Below, piece by piece: positions 30,101-43,100 of a stretch of 64,000 nucleotides of DNA. The notes under the pieces were generated by a model that saw nothing but the letters and a program-made list of their open reading frames with translations, did no database searches and was not told the origin of the DNA. Source of the DNA: Veleropilina oligotropha (Eukaryota); assembly GCA_048128005.1 (NCBI GenBank), contig JBEUKZ010000092.1, forward strand, positions 124,001-188,000. The letters are read 5' to 3'. Position 1 is the first letter of the stretch. Each line of letters begins with the position of its first letter. A program made the position numbers and the translations under genes.

Positions 30101-33100
30101 GCATACACTAAGTCGCCCTATAATATAAATTCCAAATGTTTCATGATACGTTACATGACGGCACAAAATCACTTGGAAATACAGAGGCCTTGTTGATCTA
30201 TATCAAAGCAGATATTCCATAACATAAATGTGTTCCACTCAGCACTGGAACAATAGAAATGATACAATTATCGCCTACATATGTCGCCATTTCAAACAAT
30301 TTATTGAAAATTATTATTTAAATTTGTAGGTCATATTGCAAATTTCATTATTTGGCTGTTTCTCTCGCACAATAGCAGAAACATGAAAATGGTAACTTTA
30401 TAATTTTGGATTCCACATTATTTTCCTGATATGCGATATAATTTAATTTAGCGTCTTCGTCATTGGGCACGGAAACGCCAAATGACTAATTAATAATTTT
30501 ATTATTTAAGCATTCTGGTTGGCGTTTTAATAATTACCTTTTAAATTGTACTCTGAGCAATATTTAACGGCAGGAATTATTAATATATAAATATATAAAT
30601 TTGTATCCCCTAGTTAAATTGATGGTTCTAATGTCGCTTTTCGGGTGGAATTGACATAGAAACTAAATTACTATTTATGTTTTCGAATTTTTTTTTTCTG
30701 GTGCCGAAGCAGTAACATGGCTAAATTAGCAATATATCCCGAAAACAACACCAGTTTAATCCAAGTCTCTTTCTACCAGAAGATAGATAATCAATAATGA
30801 CATTATTTTATGTTGGATATCACGCCATATTGGCATCAAAGGCAATGAAAATGCTCATAAAAAAGTCAAGTCAGATTTATATTTTAACCAACCTAGTAAT
30901 TTCAAAATTCTGCACTCAGATTTTAAGAACAATATAAATAAATACATTCAAATTACCTGGCAACGTTATTGGGATTAAAGCATAAAGCATGAGGATAAAC
31001 TTCAGAGAGTCCATCCTTTTTATCTGCGAATTGGGTGCCTTATACCGCGAAGAAGTCATCTTGGCCAAACTGAGAATTTTGCGTTCGCATTGCACTCTCT
31101 CGTACTTGCTTAAAGGGGAACAACCACCTGAGTATATTCCTTGCGGTACTAACTACCCTAATAGTCAAACAATTTTGTATGGCGTTTGCGTAGATCCATT
31201 GGATACAAATATTTAGGGAATTTTCGCTTCAAGAAAGAAAAGGAAAGGATCGATGCTTAATGTCCTGTATATTTCCAACCACCATTTGGTTCAAAGCAGG
31301 ACGTGCCCGTATTATCGCGGGAGGAAAGCCTGGTCGCCCGGATAAAGCCGCCCTCTCCGACCAGTTTCGGACAGTTGTGATTCATGACTTGAACAAATGT
31401 GTGATGCCCCTGCCGAGGGTTGAACCCACTACTGTTCACGTCAGCGGAATCATGTCAGTGATTTTCGAAGTCCACAACCGATACAACCGTAATGTCGACG
31501 CGACCTTCACATCAAGCGCTATATGAGTGATAGCTATGTTTTAATTTAAGGCGATATATTGTATACAAATTATACTTTTTACTTTTACAAATATGATGGC
31601 ATATAATGTAAAATTGTTTACTTACATGTACTTTGGACCTTGTTTTGAACGTGATACGGCGTTTCGACTGCACATCTAGCAGTCTTGATCGCGTAGTGAT
31701 CTCGTTTGCCGTTGGGGACGCTCATGAATCAGGCTGTGGTAGATGGCGGGCAGTTGATATCCCTGGTCACGGTTCATGTTGGGTTGTCGCTCACGGATGT
31801 AGATGGCCTCCTTGACTTTACGTTTTGTCCAGTCAGGTCCGCGAGTGAGGATGAAGGTGTCGGATAGTGACACTGGGACTAGTGGCCACAGCCTGATTCC
31901 TGAGCTCTCCCAGCGGCAAACGAGATCACTACGCGATCAAGACTGCTAGATGTGCAGTCGAAACGTCGTAGCATGTTCAAAACAAGTTCCAAAGAAAGTG
32001 AACAATTTTACATAATGTCATCACTTGGAACCAATAACAACATTTTCTCAAATGATGGCATATGTTTGTTTGAGCTAATATCTATTTGCATTTTAGCATA
32101 TTTGCATCATCGACCTGATTATGACAGAAATATTATCGACGAGGTCGTTAAGCAAGCAGTTGTACGGAAAAAGTTTCAACTACGCTATTCATTAAGGGCT
32201 AACATTTCAAAATCCTTGTTTCATTATTGATGCATGCATTAGATGGATTTTAGTGTGATTCGGATCGATGGTTAATTTCCGTTTTTTATCAACCCTAACG
32301 TTCATACCAGCACAAATCAATATTACTGTGAAGGAAAACCCTGTCGCTTGGTGACCAGGGCCCTGTAACTCGAAGCAGTCGTTAAGCACACGATAATTTT
32401 GGATTGTCGTTAAGCGGAAATAGCATTTAAGTAGCGTAACTCAATTCAATTCAATTTATTATTATCACTGTACACATATACATGTTTTAGATAATAATAA
32501 ACAATATTAGTATGCTGTCAGGTGGTAAGGTAATTTAAGTAGCGTAATTCGAAACATTCTTTAGTTACGGACGTTCGTTACGCACACCTTAAAACTGGAT
32601 TATTATAACCACATTATAATATAAATACAAATAATTTTAACCGTCTGTCCGAAGAGAGTGTCACCTTTGACAATAAGTGACAAAATGCTGCATTTTCTAA
32701 TTGGTCGAGAAAAATTTCTAGAATAATTTAACGACTGCGTTAAAGGTTGGGACCCAACCAGGCAACAGCCACTAGAAATTTTCGTTATCTCCAGTTTTAA
32801 GGTATGCATAACGCACGTCCTTAGCAAAAGAGCGTTTCCAGTTACGCTACTTAAATTATTTTACCACCTGACAGCATAATAATATTGTTTATTTTTATAG
32901 CTAAAACATGTATATGTTTACAGCGATAATAATAAATTGAATTGAATTGAGTTACGCTACTTAAATGCTATTTCTGTTTAACGACAATCCAAAATTATCG
33001 TGTGCTTAACGACTGCTTCGAGTTACAGGCCCATTATGGCAAACTGACTGACTACTGAACAATGCAAGCCAAAATCGAGGTTCCAACGCACCCCTGTTAG

Positions 33101-34356
33101 AGAGAGCAGCAAGCGATTGAATTCAAAGCCCATACTCTGATCTACTCGGCTATCGGAGCGGTCGTATTAGATGACAGTTCACAGGTAATTGAAACATTGA
33201 CACAATCATATCTAATATTTATTTCGAATTGTGGTTGTAGCGGTACTGCCAGTATTGTAAAGTTATTTCATCACTTACCTCAACTTTTCCTGAGGACGAG
33301 TATGCATTGAAGGGTTGCACAATATCGGTATCATTGCCCTCCGGCCTCAAAGCCTTTTCTCTCAGTGGTGATTCTAATATCACACCGCCAGTCCCATTTA
33401 ATAAAATGATCTTGTTGGGTTCATGAGGATCGGGATAAGATAGTAAAACGTCATACATAGAGGTTTTGACTTCTAGACCATAACTCTTCCACATATTTTT
33501 GATATATTTTGCCGTCCGGATATTACCCTCGGTTCCTGCTAAATGTGGACGATATGAAATGTTTCTAGAAATAAGGAAATAACAGTTAATACAATGACAT
33601 GAAGATCATATACTCAACCAAAAAAGATGAAAAGCAAAACTATAGTTAATATGCTTTGATAACCCATTCTGTTAAAGTCCATCCTCGCCACATCACTCTC
33701 TTTTATCATGATGCACGGTCACACTTACATACAGTAGAATCACGTAAAATTAAATTTAATGCAAATATAACAAATTGTACGGCAACATCCGTTCACACAA
33801 AATAGGATTGTATACACAATTAGAGATAAAACAGTTCACAGTCCGCCTAACATGTAGTCAAGGTAAATATTATTATACATTTGCAAAATTACACACACAA
33901 CGTGAATACGTCATTGTTGTGATTCTTCTTATTACTTTATGGACAAAAATATAAGAAACATAAATATTGTTTTTTTGCGTGTTGTGTGACGAATAAGGCT
34001 ACTTAATACATTTATACATACCTGAGGTTTTCTCTAATTTGCCGTGCGTCCACATTATCTATAAACATCTTTCGCACTGCTTTGTCATTTCCCAGATCCT
34101 TCCTTAACCTATCTTCCACTTGCTTGACCTTGAGTTTCAGGGGCTCGAGGACGCGATTACATTGCATAAACATTATCATAAACGTCAATGATACCGCGAT
34201 CAACAAAAGCACTATTGTTCCTGTTATAAATTTGCATCGTACGGATGTTTCATTTGATTTGTGTTCCTTCTTCAGCCTTTCCGCTCTCCGTTCTCTCATT
34301 AATCTCCTCTCCCTCGCCCCTTTGGTCTCTGGTTTCTGTTCAACTTTCTTCGCCAT
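15141..34356 (-). CDS. Glutamate carboxypeptidase II / NAALADase-like type II membrane M28B metallopeptidase (FOLH1/NAALAD2-like), 18 exons, about 785 aa
   Basis: GT-AG exons with consistent phases: 34356-34022, 33564-33279, 30117-29998, 29679-29496, 28710-28620, 27663-27574, 27275-27190, 26014-25895, 22643-22558, 22126-22063, 21629-21562, 21043-20922, 20405-20315, 19253-19179, 18558-18393, 18049-17968, 16636-16544, 15339-15141 (sum 2358 nt). Motifs: N-terminal TM helix, PHLAGT, PA domain [61 protein letters not shown]. Confidence 0.95.
18686..18935 (-). mobile_element. tRNA-derived SINE
   Basis: Same family (ggttcaaagcaggacatgtcc...gattcgaacccattactgttc). Confidence 0.8.
20065..20312. repeat. 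HINE/DINE-1-like (Helentron-associated-type) interspersed repeat
   Basis: gtacggcgaagcgttcta start, aatccggatccg core, (CAGA)n microsatellite, terminal stem-loop attaccttc...gaaggtaat; homologous to 35685-36180. Confidence 0.6.
20834..20896. repeat. Perfect 63-bp palindrome
   Basis: GGCTAGTCTCATTTCGGTCCCCTACATTAAC-T-GTTAATGTAGGGGACCGAAATGAGACTAGCC. Confidence 0.95.
22768..23186. mobile_element. TTAA-flanked MITE (Kolobok-like)
   Basis: TIRs agggtacttctttgttatctcc...ctattgaaaat / attttcaatagtgg...gagataacaaggaagtaccat; TTAA on both sides. Confidence 0.7.
23612..24190. mobile_element. Hairpin-containing non-autonomous element, copy 1
   Basis: About 115-bp hairpin at 23617-23731 plus a body that is the reverse complement of 24745-25350. 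Confidence 0.8.
24637..25445. mobile_element. Hairpin-containing non-autonomous element, copy 2, with about 95-bp flanking inverted repeats
   Basis: Body 24745-25350 with hairpin 25208-25349; inverted arms 24637-24730 / 25352-25445. Confidence 0.75.
27870..28450. mobile_element. Hairpin-containing non-autonomous element, copy 3 (diverged)
   Basis: Colinear similarity to 24745-25370 (cattggccgga..cacgtgactagtc; gatatgaacct..aggttcat). Confidence 0.75.
29097..29210. repeat. 23-bp minisatellite, 5 copies
   Basis: Unit cggtgtggcctcctaggcgataa. Confidence 0.9.
30680..31225 (+). mobile_element. Degenerate 3' fragment of an RNase H-containing LINE (I/Nimb group)
   Basis: [14 protein letters not shown] matches the RNase H WxPxHxGIxGNExAD motif; also [19 protein letters not shown]; contains stops and frameshifts. 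Confidence 0.7.
31247..31480 (-). mobile_element. tRNA-derived SINE
   Basis: Same family as the 5573/9014/18686 copies. Confidence 0.8.
31634..31995 (-). mobile_element. Penelope-like element 3' fragment (GIY-YIG C-terminus) with inverted pseudo-LTR
   Basis: [32 protein letters not shown]; about 85-bp inverted repeat 31634-31716 / 31909-31992. Confidence 0.8.
31929..31971 (+). ncRNA. Minimal type-I hammerhead ribozyme-like motif in the Penelope pseudo-LTR (variant core)
   Basis: ctac-GCGATCA-A-gactgc(tagatgt)gcagtc-GAAA-cg-TC-gtag; second copy on the minus strand at about 31654-31696. Confidence 0.55.
32358..33032. mobile_element. MITE with about 190-bp TIRs
   Basis: ggg(c)cctgtaactcgaagcagtcgttaagcacacgataattttggattgtcg... 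and its reverse complement at 32841-33032. Confidence 0.88.
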
Positions 34357-34657
34357 CTTTATCTATACTCTCATGGTCAAATTTTGTCTACACCCAAACT
34401 ACTGCTATAATGTTATCAAATGATGTTACAAAGTACTCCATTTTGATAACAATAGGTGATAACGATTATCTTAACCAAATGCAACTTATAAATACCTAGA
34501 ATCAGGTCAAAACAGTGTAGGCTACAACATTCTTATCGACAGGTATTTGTTGATTTGTATTTGAAACTTCCCAGCTCTTCTATGAAAACATTAATATCTT
34601 CAAATAAATGTTTTTTACGTGATCACAGGTATTATAATTAATTTCGCGATGGTTAAT

Positions 34658-34980
<323 letters not shown>

Positions 34981-35684
34981 TAAGAATTCGAATAATGTCT
35001 CAATCGATGTCCGACACGTTCGTGTTTTACATTATAATAGCAATCCATTGAATATAACACACACTTAAACTTATTAACACTCCGATTGATATGTGGACGA
35101 TCAGGTAAAATAGTACTGTACTCCCTCTCGTACCGTCTTCTCCAAACGTGTGTCAATTTTGGTGTACCAGTTTACTAGGCTATTACCAATTGCAACTAAA
35201 ATTAACAGTAAATACTCCTGTGTTTGGGTGCATGGTTTGTCGTGTATGCATTTTACTTAATGATGTTTTCATGAGCACTATAAAGATGTCCATCAGTCGT
35301 TCAGATAGCAGGGGACTAGCAACCACAAGCACAGAGGTAACGTCAGAGAAGATTCGGCTACCGTCACACGGACCGAATTTTAGTGTTCGATTTGTTGGTG
35401 ATAATTTATTAATACTAATAATTTTCAGTTCATTGCTCGTTATTTTATAACAGCGAAATGTTTTATATATTTTGTCATCCTGAGAAATGACGTTTACAAA
35501 CTTGATGTGATGTCATAAATTCTTATTTACAACTATATATTGCCACATCCGCGTATTGTATATTGCTCAATACCATTGTAACAAAGTAATCAGATATTGC
35601 AAACCTTCACCAGTCGGCAAGGAACACGATGGTGAAGGCCAAAAGTCAGAAATATCTGGGACAAAAGAACATTATGAGCCTATT

Positions 35685-36180
35685 TGAAGTTAGTACGGCG
35701 AAGCGTTCTATCGCTAGAGACGAAAATCCGCGAATCGGAAATTGCGTCATAAAATCCGGATCGTATCAAATATGAGGAGGACAAAGCCTAGGGTGGACCA
35801 TATCTCGTGTCATAAAATTTAGTAAATCGGTTCAATTGCTGTTGAGATATGCTTCGAAAATCCGCAAACCGAAAATTGCGTTATAAAATCCGGATCCGCT
35901 TTCCGATTCGGATCATCTTAGAGGACGACATAGCATAAGGTGGACCCTATCGCGTGTAAATAAATTGAATAATGGGATCAGTGCTGGTTGAGAGATGCTC
36001 GCGAACAGACAATCCACAAGCCGGATCCGCTTTCTGATTCGGGTCCTCTGTGAGGGGGACCGAGCGTATGGTGGACTTTATCTCGTGTCAAAATTGAATA
36101 AATCGGATCAATGGTTGTTGAGATATGTTCGCAGACAGACAGACACACCGAGCCAATTGCAATACCTTCTTCCGCGTAAT
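35685..36180. repeat. HINE/DINE-1-like repeat with about 3 internal tandem units
   Basis: Repeated units (ccggatc...gtggac...tcg(t/c)gtgt...gttgagatatg) followed by (CAGA)n; same family as 20065-20312. Confidence 0.65.
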
Positions 36181-36699
36181 GAGCCCATTTATGGTTACAA
36201 CATCCGCATCTGCGGTAGGAGATGCAGAAAGAAACAAACGTGTTTTGATGATTAATGGACCGCCGCGAATTCAAATCCTCGAAATTAAATACAATCGAAA
36301 CGATGACATATTAATTAAAAAGGTAAAGATAATCGATCCATTGAAGATGTTCATTGATTGATAAGTTGAATTGATGTTTAACGACCACGCCATCAATATT
36401 TCAGTCGATCAACTTAAAAGGCTAGAATTACGTGATATAATAATTAGTAGAAACAGTTTTCACTTTTTCCATACGAGGCGTATACAGTTAAATCAATATA
36501 ATTATATATTTAAAATATATACAAAATATAAATTTGGGTATACATTTTTTACCAGCACATTTGCAAAAGTAAAAAAGGTAAAAGTTTGTAAAATATGTTA
36601 CCTTTCTTAAAAAAGCAAAAATGACATAAATTTTAAACTTACTAAATTCCTTAAAATATTTATGTCAGTGAGGTCATTATATATCAAAATATGTCTATA

Positions 36700-38620
36700 A
36701 ATTGTATCTCCACGGAGTTTGAGCTATGCCTATTGGTCTCTTCGACAATTCCATTGTATTAGTGTGCCTGTCATTTTGAGATAATGGTGTGTTTTGTAAA
36801 TAATTGTTAGGAAGGCATGGTGTTGTTTAACTACTTGTGTGGTGGGAGTATAGGATTTTTAGCTTGATTTAATTTTTACTTTGGTCTTATCCAATGATTG
36901 ATCGACTTTCATTGGATCATCGGCAGAGGGCCGTTGTTTACCCTTTCCCAGCCGAATCAGTTTAAATTTGGCTGCTGTTGCCTTTTGAACTTTATCGAAA
37001 CAGCAGCCGCTTCCGTAACCAGTTCTTGTATGATATTATCAGGAAGGTCGCCTATGTCATCTGATGGTTCCTCGTTATCTATCCTAGAACCAAAGCGACT
37101 ATGTAGCTTATAGGGATATCAGACCCTTTGGACTGCCTCTCAGGCTTAAATGATTTCTTTTTAGGCTGCTGCCTTAGGTACAGCAGCAGTATCTTTTGTT
37201 GAGTGTTTTGGTGAGTTGCTAGTTGCAAGATTAGTTAATTTAGAGGTTTGTGTTGTTGATTCTGATGATGACGGTTTGATTTCAGTAATCGAAATTGATG
37301 TTGATTTGGTGGTAGATGATTCGATTTCTAAAGATGCTTCACCAAATGTCCAGGTGATATCAGTTTTCACTGAAGAAGATCGAGTGATTGGTTTATGTTT
37401 CGTTGCTGCGGCAATTGCAGCATAGGATTTACCCGAAATGTTCGTGGATTCCACCAGTTTCCTGGCTTCAGGGAAAGAGATCCGGTCGATGGTTTTGACC
37501 CTCTGGATCTTTTTCTCGAGCTTCCGCTTCGGACAGTCCTGGGAATATGCGCCATGACTCCCTTTGCAATTGGAGCAGACAGGCGATTTTGAACAAGAGT
37601 CATAATCATGACTCTCTTCACTGCAACGAGCGTATGCAGAGTTTCTCTTGCATCGGTACTTGTGGGGTCCAAATGCCTGGCAATTGAAGCATCTCAATGG
37701 GTTCGATATATAGGGTTCCACAGGGATGTTGATGTAACCAGCTTTCATAGATTTTGGAAGGCAGAAGTTCAAAATGATGGTGTTGATGGGAACATTTTTC
37801 CCATCATTGGACATGGTCAAGCGTGAAACATTGGTCACACCCTGACTCCGCATGCATTCCAGAAGTTCTAGATCGCTGCATCCCAGCAGTACCCTGGATC
37901 ATATAACTCCATTGAAGTTGTTCAAAGACCGATGCGGTTTGATTTCAACAGGAATGTTGAGAAATATATCAGTTTGAAGGTGATTCTCTGCATGGCTCTC
38001 CCTGGCGCTAACCACCATTAGTGATGATTCTTGACGGATTGATGTTTACCGGCCAGGCCGAGCATTCAAAGATGTAACGTTAGTGTCGTTTAGTGACTCG
38101 ATCGTTAAGAAACGAGTTTCCGGTACAGAGGGTGGAGGATCATAGATAATTGAAAGGAATTTGGCGTCATCGTCAGAATCAGAATCAATGGTTGTGTTTT
38201 TCCGGTTTTTAATGGAGTGTTTGTTATATTCGTTTCTTGTCGACATGTTTTGTTTTTTTGGTACATCACCCGAGCGCCCCACTCACCAGTGGAGTCATAC
38301 AGCGGGACATTTAACGATTGCGGATTTCCAGCACTCAATGCCAGGGATACAAGGGTGATATACTCAAACAAGAAATGATTATAGTGGTGGGATTTGTTTT
38401 ACCCATCATTCATTTTCACTTGTTATGACCCACGCCACCCCTTCTGTGATGTATCCCAGGACTATGGCTATGGCCGAAGCTCAACTACCAGGATTCTCTT
38501 CTCCGAAGCGACAGGGGACGCCACCAACGGCAAACAGGTGGTTCCCTTATGGGGGAATCCTACCCCTCTGGATGGAGACAGCAGTCGGCAAATTCTAACC
38601 CCGTACCGACAGGGCGGCAT
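36700..38620 (-). mobile_element. 5' part of an I/Nimb-group LINE (5'UTR, gag-like ORF1, start of ORF2)
   Basis: ORF 37853-37161 carries three CCHC-type knuckles (PLRCFNCQAFG..H..C; RCSEESH..C; CSNCKGSH..C); the APE start LIQWNCR lies near 36765; disrupted. Confidence 0.85.
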
Positions 38621-38888
38621 TGAATATGTCGATATAATTATGCAACATTTAAAGTATAGCAAATGTTTATCAGAAGCGAGGAGCACGAAATATGATTCCA
38701 ATGACAATACAAAATTACAATGTACACCTCGGTTACATACTTAAGGGTCAAGGGCTAATACCGCATATATATATACATATATATTCCCATGCATACAAAT
38801 GTTTTAGTTAGTAGGTGTGGGTGGCCATGCGATGAATGTAGTAATATCATTGTACGTATAAATGAAACTACACAAAATGAAAATTAAT

Positions 38889-39459
38889 TTATTGATCACA
38901 AAAATACATATAACGTATCAATTCAGCAATAAGACATAGTGTAGCTAGCACCAGTCCCATAAGTAAAATGCCAAATGCGACACCCAAGTGCAATAACTGA
39001 AGACCTTCCGCGGCTATCATTGTCTTTGCATCAACCTCACAAGAAATCTGCTTTCTTAGCGCAATGTTCATCCATCTTTCAACCATTCCGTTTGACATCA
39101 TTTCCATTACTCTGTGAAAGATATAGGAAAGATAGTATCCTACGTTATATTCGATAGATATATTTATCTACTTTGTACATGTAACATAACAACGCTTACT
39201 TATCAGATAACGGTTTCCTTAGAGGGGAATCCTTCTGCACTCCAAAGGCGATATTTTCTGGCAGGAACTGGTCGTTGCCGATGCTGATATCGCAATCCAG
39301 TATTTCATCAATGGACAATTGGTCGGTTATATAGACGTATTTACTATTCTTCAACTTTTCAACGTGAATGTCTCGAGATCGATGTAAAACATCCGGATCT
39401 GATATATTAAACCTCTTGATTCCATTCCAAACCTGGCTTAAAATGGTTGAATTAGATTC
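38889..39459 (-). CDS. Last two exons of a divergent ionotropic glutamate receptor / IR-like gene (S2 lobe + M4 helix)
   Basis: Exon 39459-39200 (YVYITD...CDISIGNDQFLPENIAFGVQKDSPLRKPLSDK) joins by GT-AG to exon 39111-38889 (EMMSNGMVERW...C...LQLLHLGVAFGILLMGLVLATLCLIAE, stop). This fits the iGluR/IR S2-M4 pattern. Upstream exons were not identified. Confidence 0.8.
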
Positions 39460-39740
39460 CTACAAAACAGAAAATTCACTTGTTAATTCTTACTTTACAA
39501 TAATCCGTTTATAGAGCGTCGACGAAGCCTGGGGCCATAGTGTTCTTGATATCATCAATTAAGACCATTATATTTGTTAGGTATGTATGTTAACCAACGC
39601 GGAACTGTGGATTCACGTGCATATTATTCACGTGAAATTATTACATCATTTAAATATGGCGTTATAATTATATATACTAAGAACAAAATTTTAATAGATA
39701 TGCTAATGTGCTGGGGAGGGGAGAGTGCAATGGAAGCTGG

Positions 39741-40083
<343 letters not shown>

Positions 40084-40149
40084 GTATAAGAATGAAATAT
40101 AATACAGATAATATTACATAAATGAAGACATATTGTATTCCTTGTTATC

Positions 40150-43100
40150 GTGGTTGAATAGGTGAATATAGCAGTTTAAATATAAATAACATGAATATTA
40201 TATTTTTGTTAAAATGCGGTGATGTGGAGAGAACCTTGTAACGATAACAAAAAAGATAATTTTACCATATTCCACCTAAATGTTCGAAGCATTGTTCCCT
40301 CATTTTACGCCTTCAATGTCGAGGCTGCAAAGTATGATACTATTGCAGTAACTGAAACTTGGTGAGATGACAGCATCGACAGTGAATGCATCTCAATTGA
40401 AGAACATTCTTTAATTAGAAAAGACCGTTCGGCGTGGTGGTGGTGTTGCTATTTATGTATCAAATAAAATAGGATTTAAGCAACTACAAATAATCAATTT
40501 TACCGTATAATTCTTGTGTTTAAAATTATTCTTGCATAGTTGCTCAGTAATAATTTGCTGCGTATATAGACCACCTAATACACCAGTTAGAGAATGGTGC
40601 ACTGACTTTGTGCAGATATTGGACATTGTAACAACAACAAACCAAAATGTGATAATTACAGGCGACTTTAATATTGACTTTTCTAAAGATACATACAAAA
40701 TTTTAAAGATATGATGATAAGTTATAACATGACCCAGTTAATACAACAACCAACAAGGGTGACCGAAAATTCTTCAACCATTATAGATCTGGCGTTCGTA
40801 AACTGCCTAAATATTGTAAGTAAATCACGTGTATCGACGCCGATATGCAGCGATCACTCACCAATTATTCTTATACTAAACTTAACAAGCGACAAACCAA
40901 AATTCTTTAGAAGAAAGATTTATAACTACAATCAAGGCGACTACTCAAACTTCTCAGCTGCGCTAACAAACATAAACTGGGACGAATTTCTCGACTCGTA
41001 CGACAATGCCGACGACATATGTAATAACTTTACCGAAATCATAACTAACTTGAGCAGTGAATGTATACCGTCAAAAAATCCTATAATCAGACCACGCGAC
41101 ATACCTTGGATGAATGGACATATTCGTAAATTCATCAGAAAACGTAATAGAAATGTCAAATGTCTAATAACGACAGAAATGCATGGGCCAAATTCCGTCA
41201 ATGCAGAAATAAAGTTATTGGGGCTGTTAGGGGGAGTAAAGAAAATTGTTATAAAAATCTTTACCAAGAAATCAACACTACAAACAACGGAACCAAAACA
41301 TGGTAGCAATTACTTAAAAAAGCAAATAACAATAATGACCCATATTCTATCCCAACACTGAATATTGATTCCAACAACGAAATAACTCATTTGACAGAAG
41401 ATAGATTTAAATAGAATTTGTTTGGGTTTAGGAAGTGCATTACTGCCACTCATATTAAAATCCATTGTCGTTTCTGGTCATCTATAGCCTGCCCTGTTTC
41501 TTAAAATAATCATCTATGCGGTTTTTAAATTGGTTTACAGATGTTGAGTCTACTACATTACTAGGAAAACTGTTCCATTCATCGACAACCCGATTTGAGA
41601 AAAAGTGTTTTCTAACGTCTAGTCGAAATCTTTTTTGTAAACTTTGTATTTATGGCCCCTGGTAGGTCTTTGGTTCATCTGAAAAAAGAAAGTACTGTCA
41701 ACATTGTCAATTCCTGTAAACATTTTAAATACCTGAATCATATCCCCCCGTGTCCTTCTCAAAGACAATGTTGTGAGGTTAAGTGCTCTTAATCTATCCT
41801 CATAAGGTAATTCTCTCAATTCGCCTATCAATTTTGTGGCTCTTCTTTGAACTTGTTCAAGAATTTTTATATCCTTTGCAAGATATGGGCTCCATGCTTG
41901 CACTGCATATTCTAAATGCGGTCTAATCATTTGCTTGTATGAGCGTGTTATGATGACTCTAGATTTTATCATTCCCAATATTTGATTTCCCTTTTTAGCT
42001 GATTCTGCACATTGATTTGATGGTTTAAACGTCTTGTCTACCCATACACCCAAATCTTTCTCTTTTGTTACTACTTCTAAGGTATCTGAACCCATTTTAT
42101 AATTATAAGTTTTGTTGTTATAACCCGCATGCAATACCTTGCATTTACTGGTGTTAAAAAGCATTTGCCAATCCTCTGACCATTTTACCAGATTGTTTAA
42201 ATCACTTTGAAGTGTTTTTGCATCTTCTTCAGTTCCAACAATTCTGTACAATTTGGTATCGTCTGCAAACTTTTTTACAAGAGACGTAAGACGTCATCAA
42301 TGTCATTTAAATATATAAGAAACAGCAATGGGCCCAAAACAGAACCTTGTGGGACTCCACTTAGTACCGGCTCCCACTTTGACTTTATCCCATTTATTAC
42401 AAACCTCTGTTTTCTATTTTCTAGCCACATCCTTATCCAGTTTAATATTGGACCTTTCAGACCATGGTTACTTAATTTTTGTATCAGCCGTTTATGTGGT
42501 ACTTTGTCGAATGCCTTTTGAAAATCAAGATATATTATATCAACTGGTTTGCCCGTATCTATGGCAGTTATTACATCTTCAAAAAATTCCAGTAAGTTGG
42601 TTAAACAAGCTCGTTTCGCCATAAATCCATGCTGACTAAGGTTTAGCAAGTCGAATTTATTAATGTGTTGTAAGATAGCATCCTTTAAGATAGATTCCAT
42701 GATCTTGCCTACTATTGATGTCAGACTAATAGGTCGATAATTTTGGGTGTTTGACCTACTTCCCTTCTTAAAGATTGGGGTAATATTACCAATTTTCCAG
42801 TCATCAGGCAAACTTCCTTCTATTAATGATTTATTGAATATCATGGTTAATGGCTTTACTAATTCTTCCTTACCTGCTTTCAGCAATTTGGGATATATAT
42901 TGTCGGACCTGGAGCTTTACTAACATTTAGTAAGTTTATCTTTTTTTAAACCATTTCAGTCGTAATCTCAATACTTTCACAAAAGTTTTCCTTTTCTCGA
43001 AAGATATGTTTTTCTGGTGGCATGTTTACCGTATCTTCCAACGTATATACAGATGCAAAATATTTGTTTAAGGATTCTGCGATTTGTGAATCATCTGATA

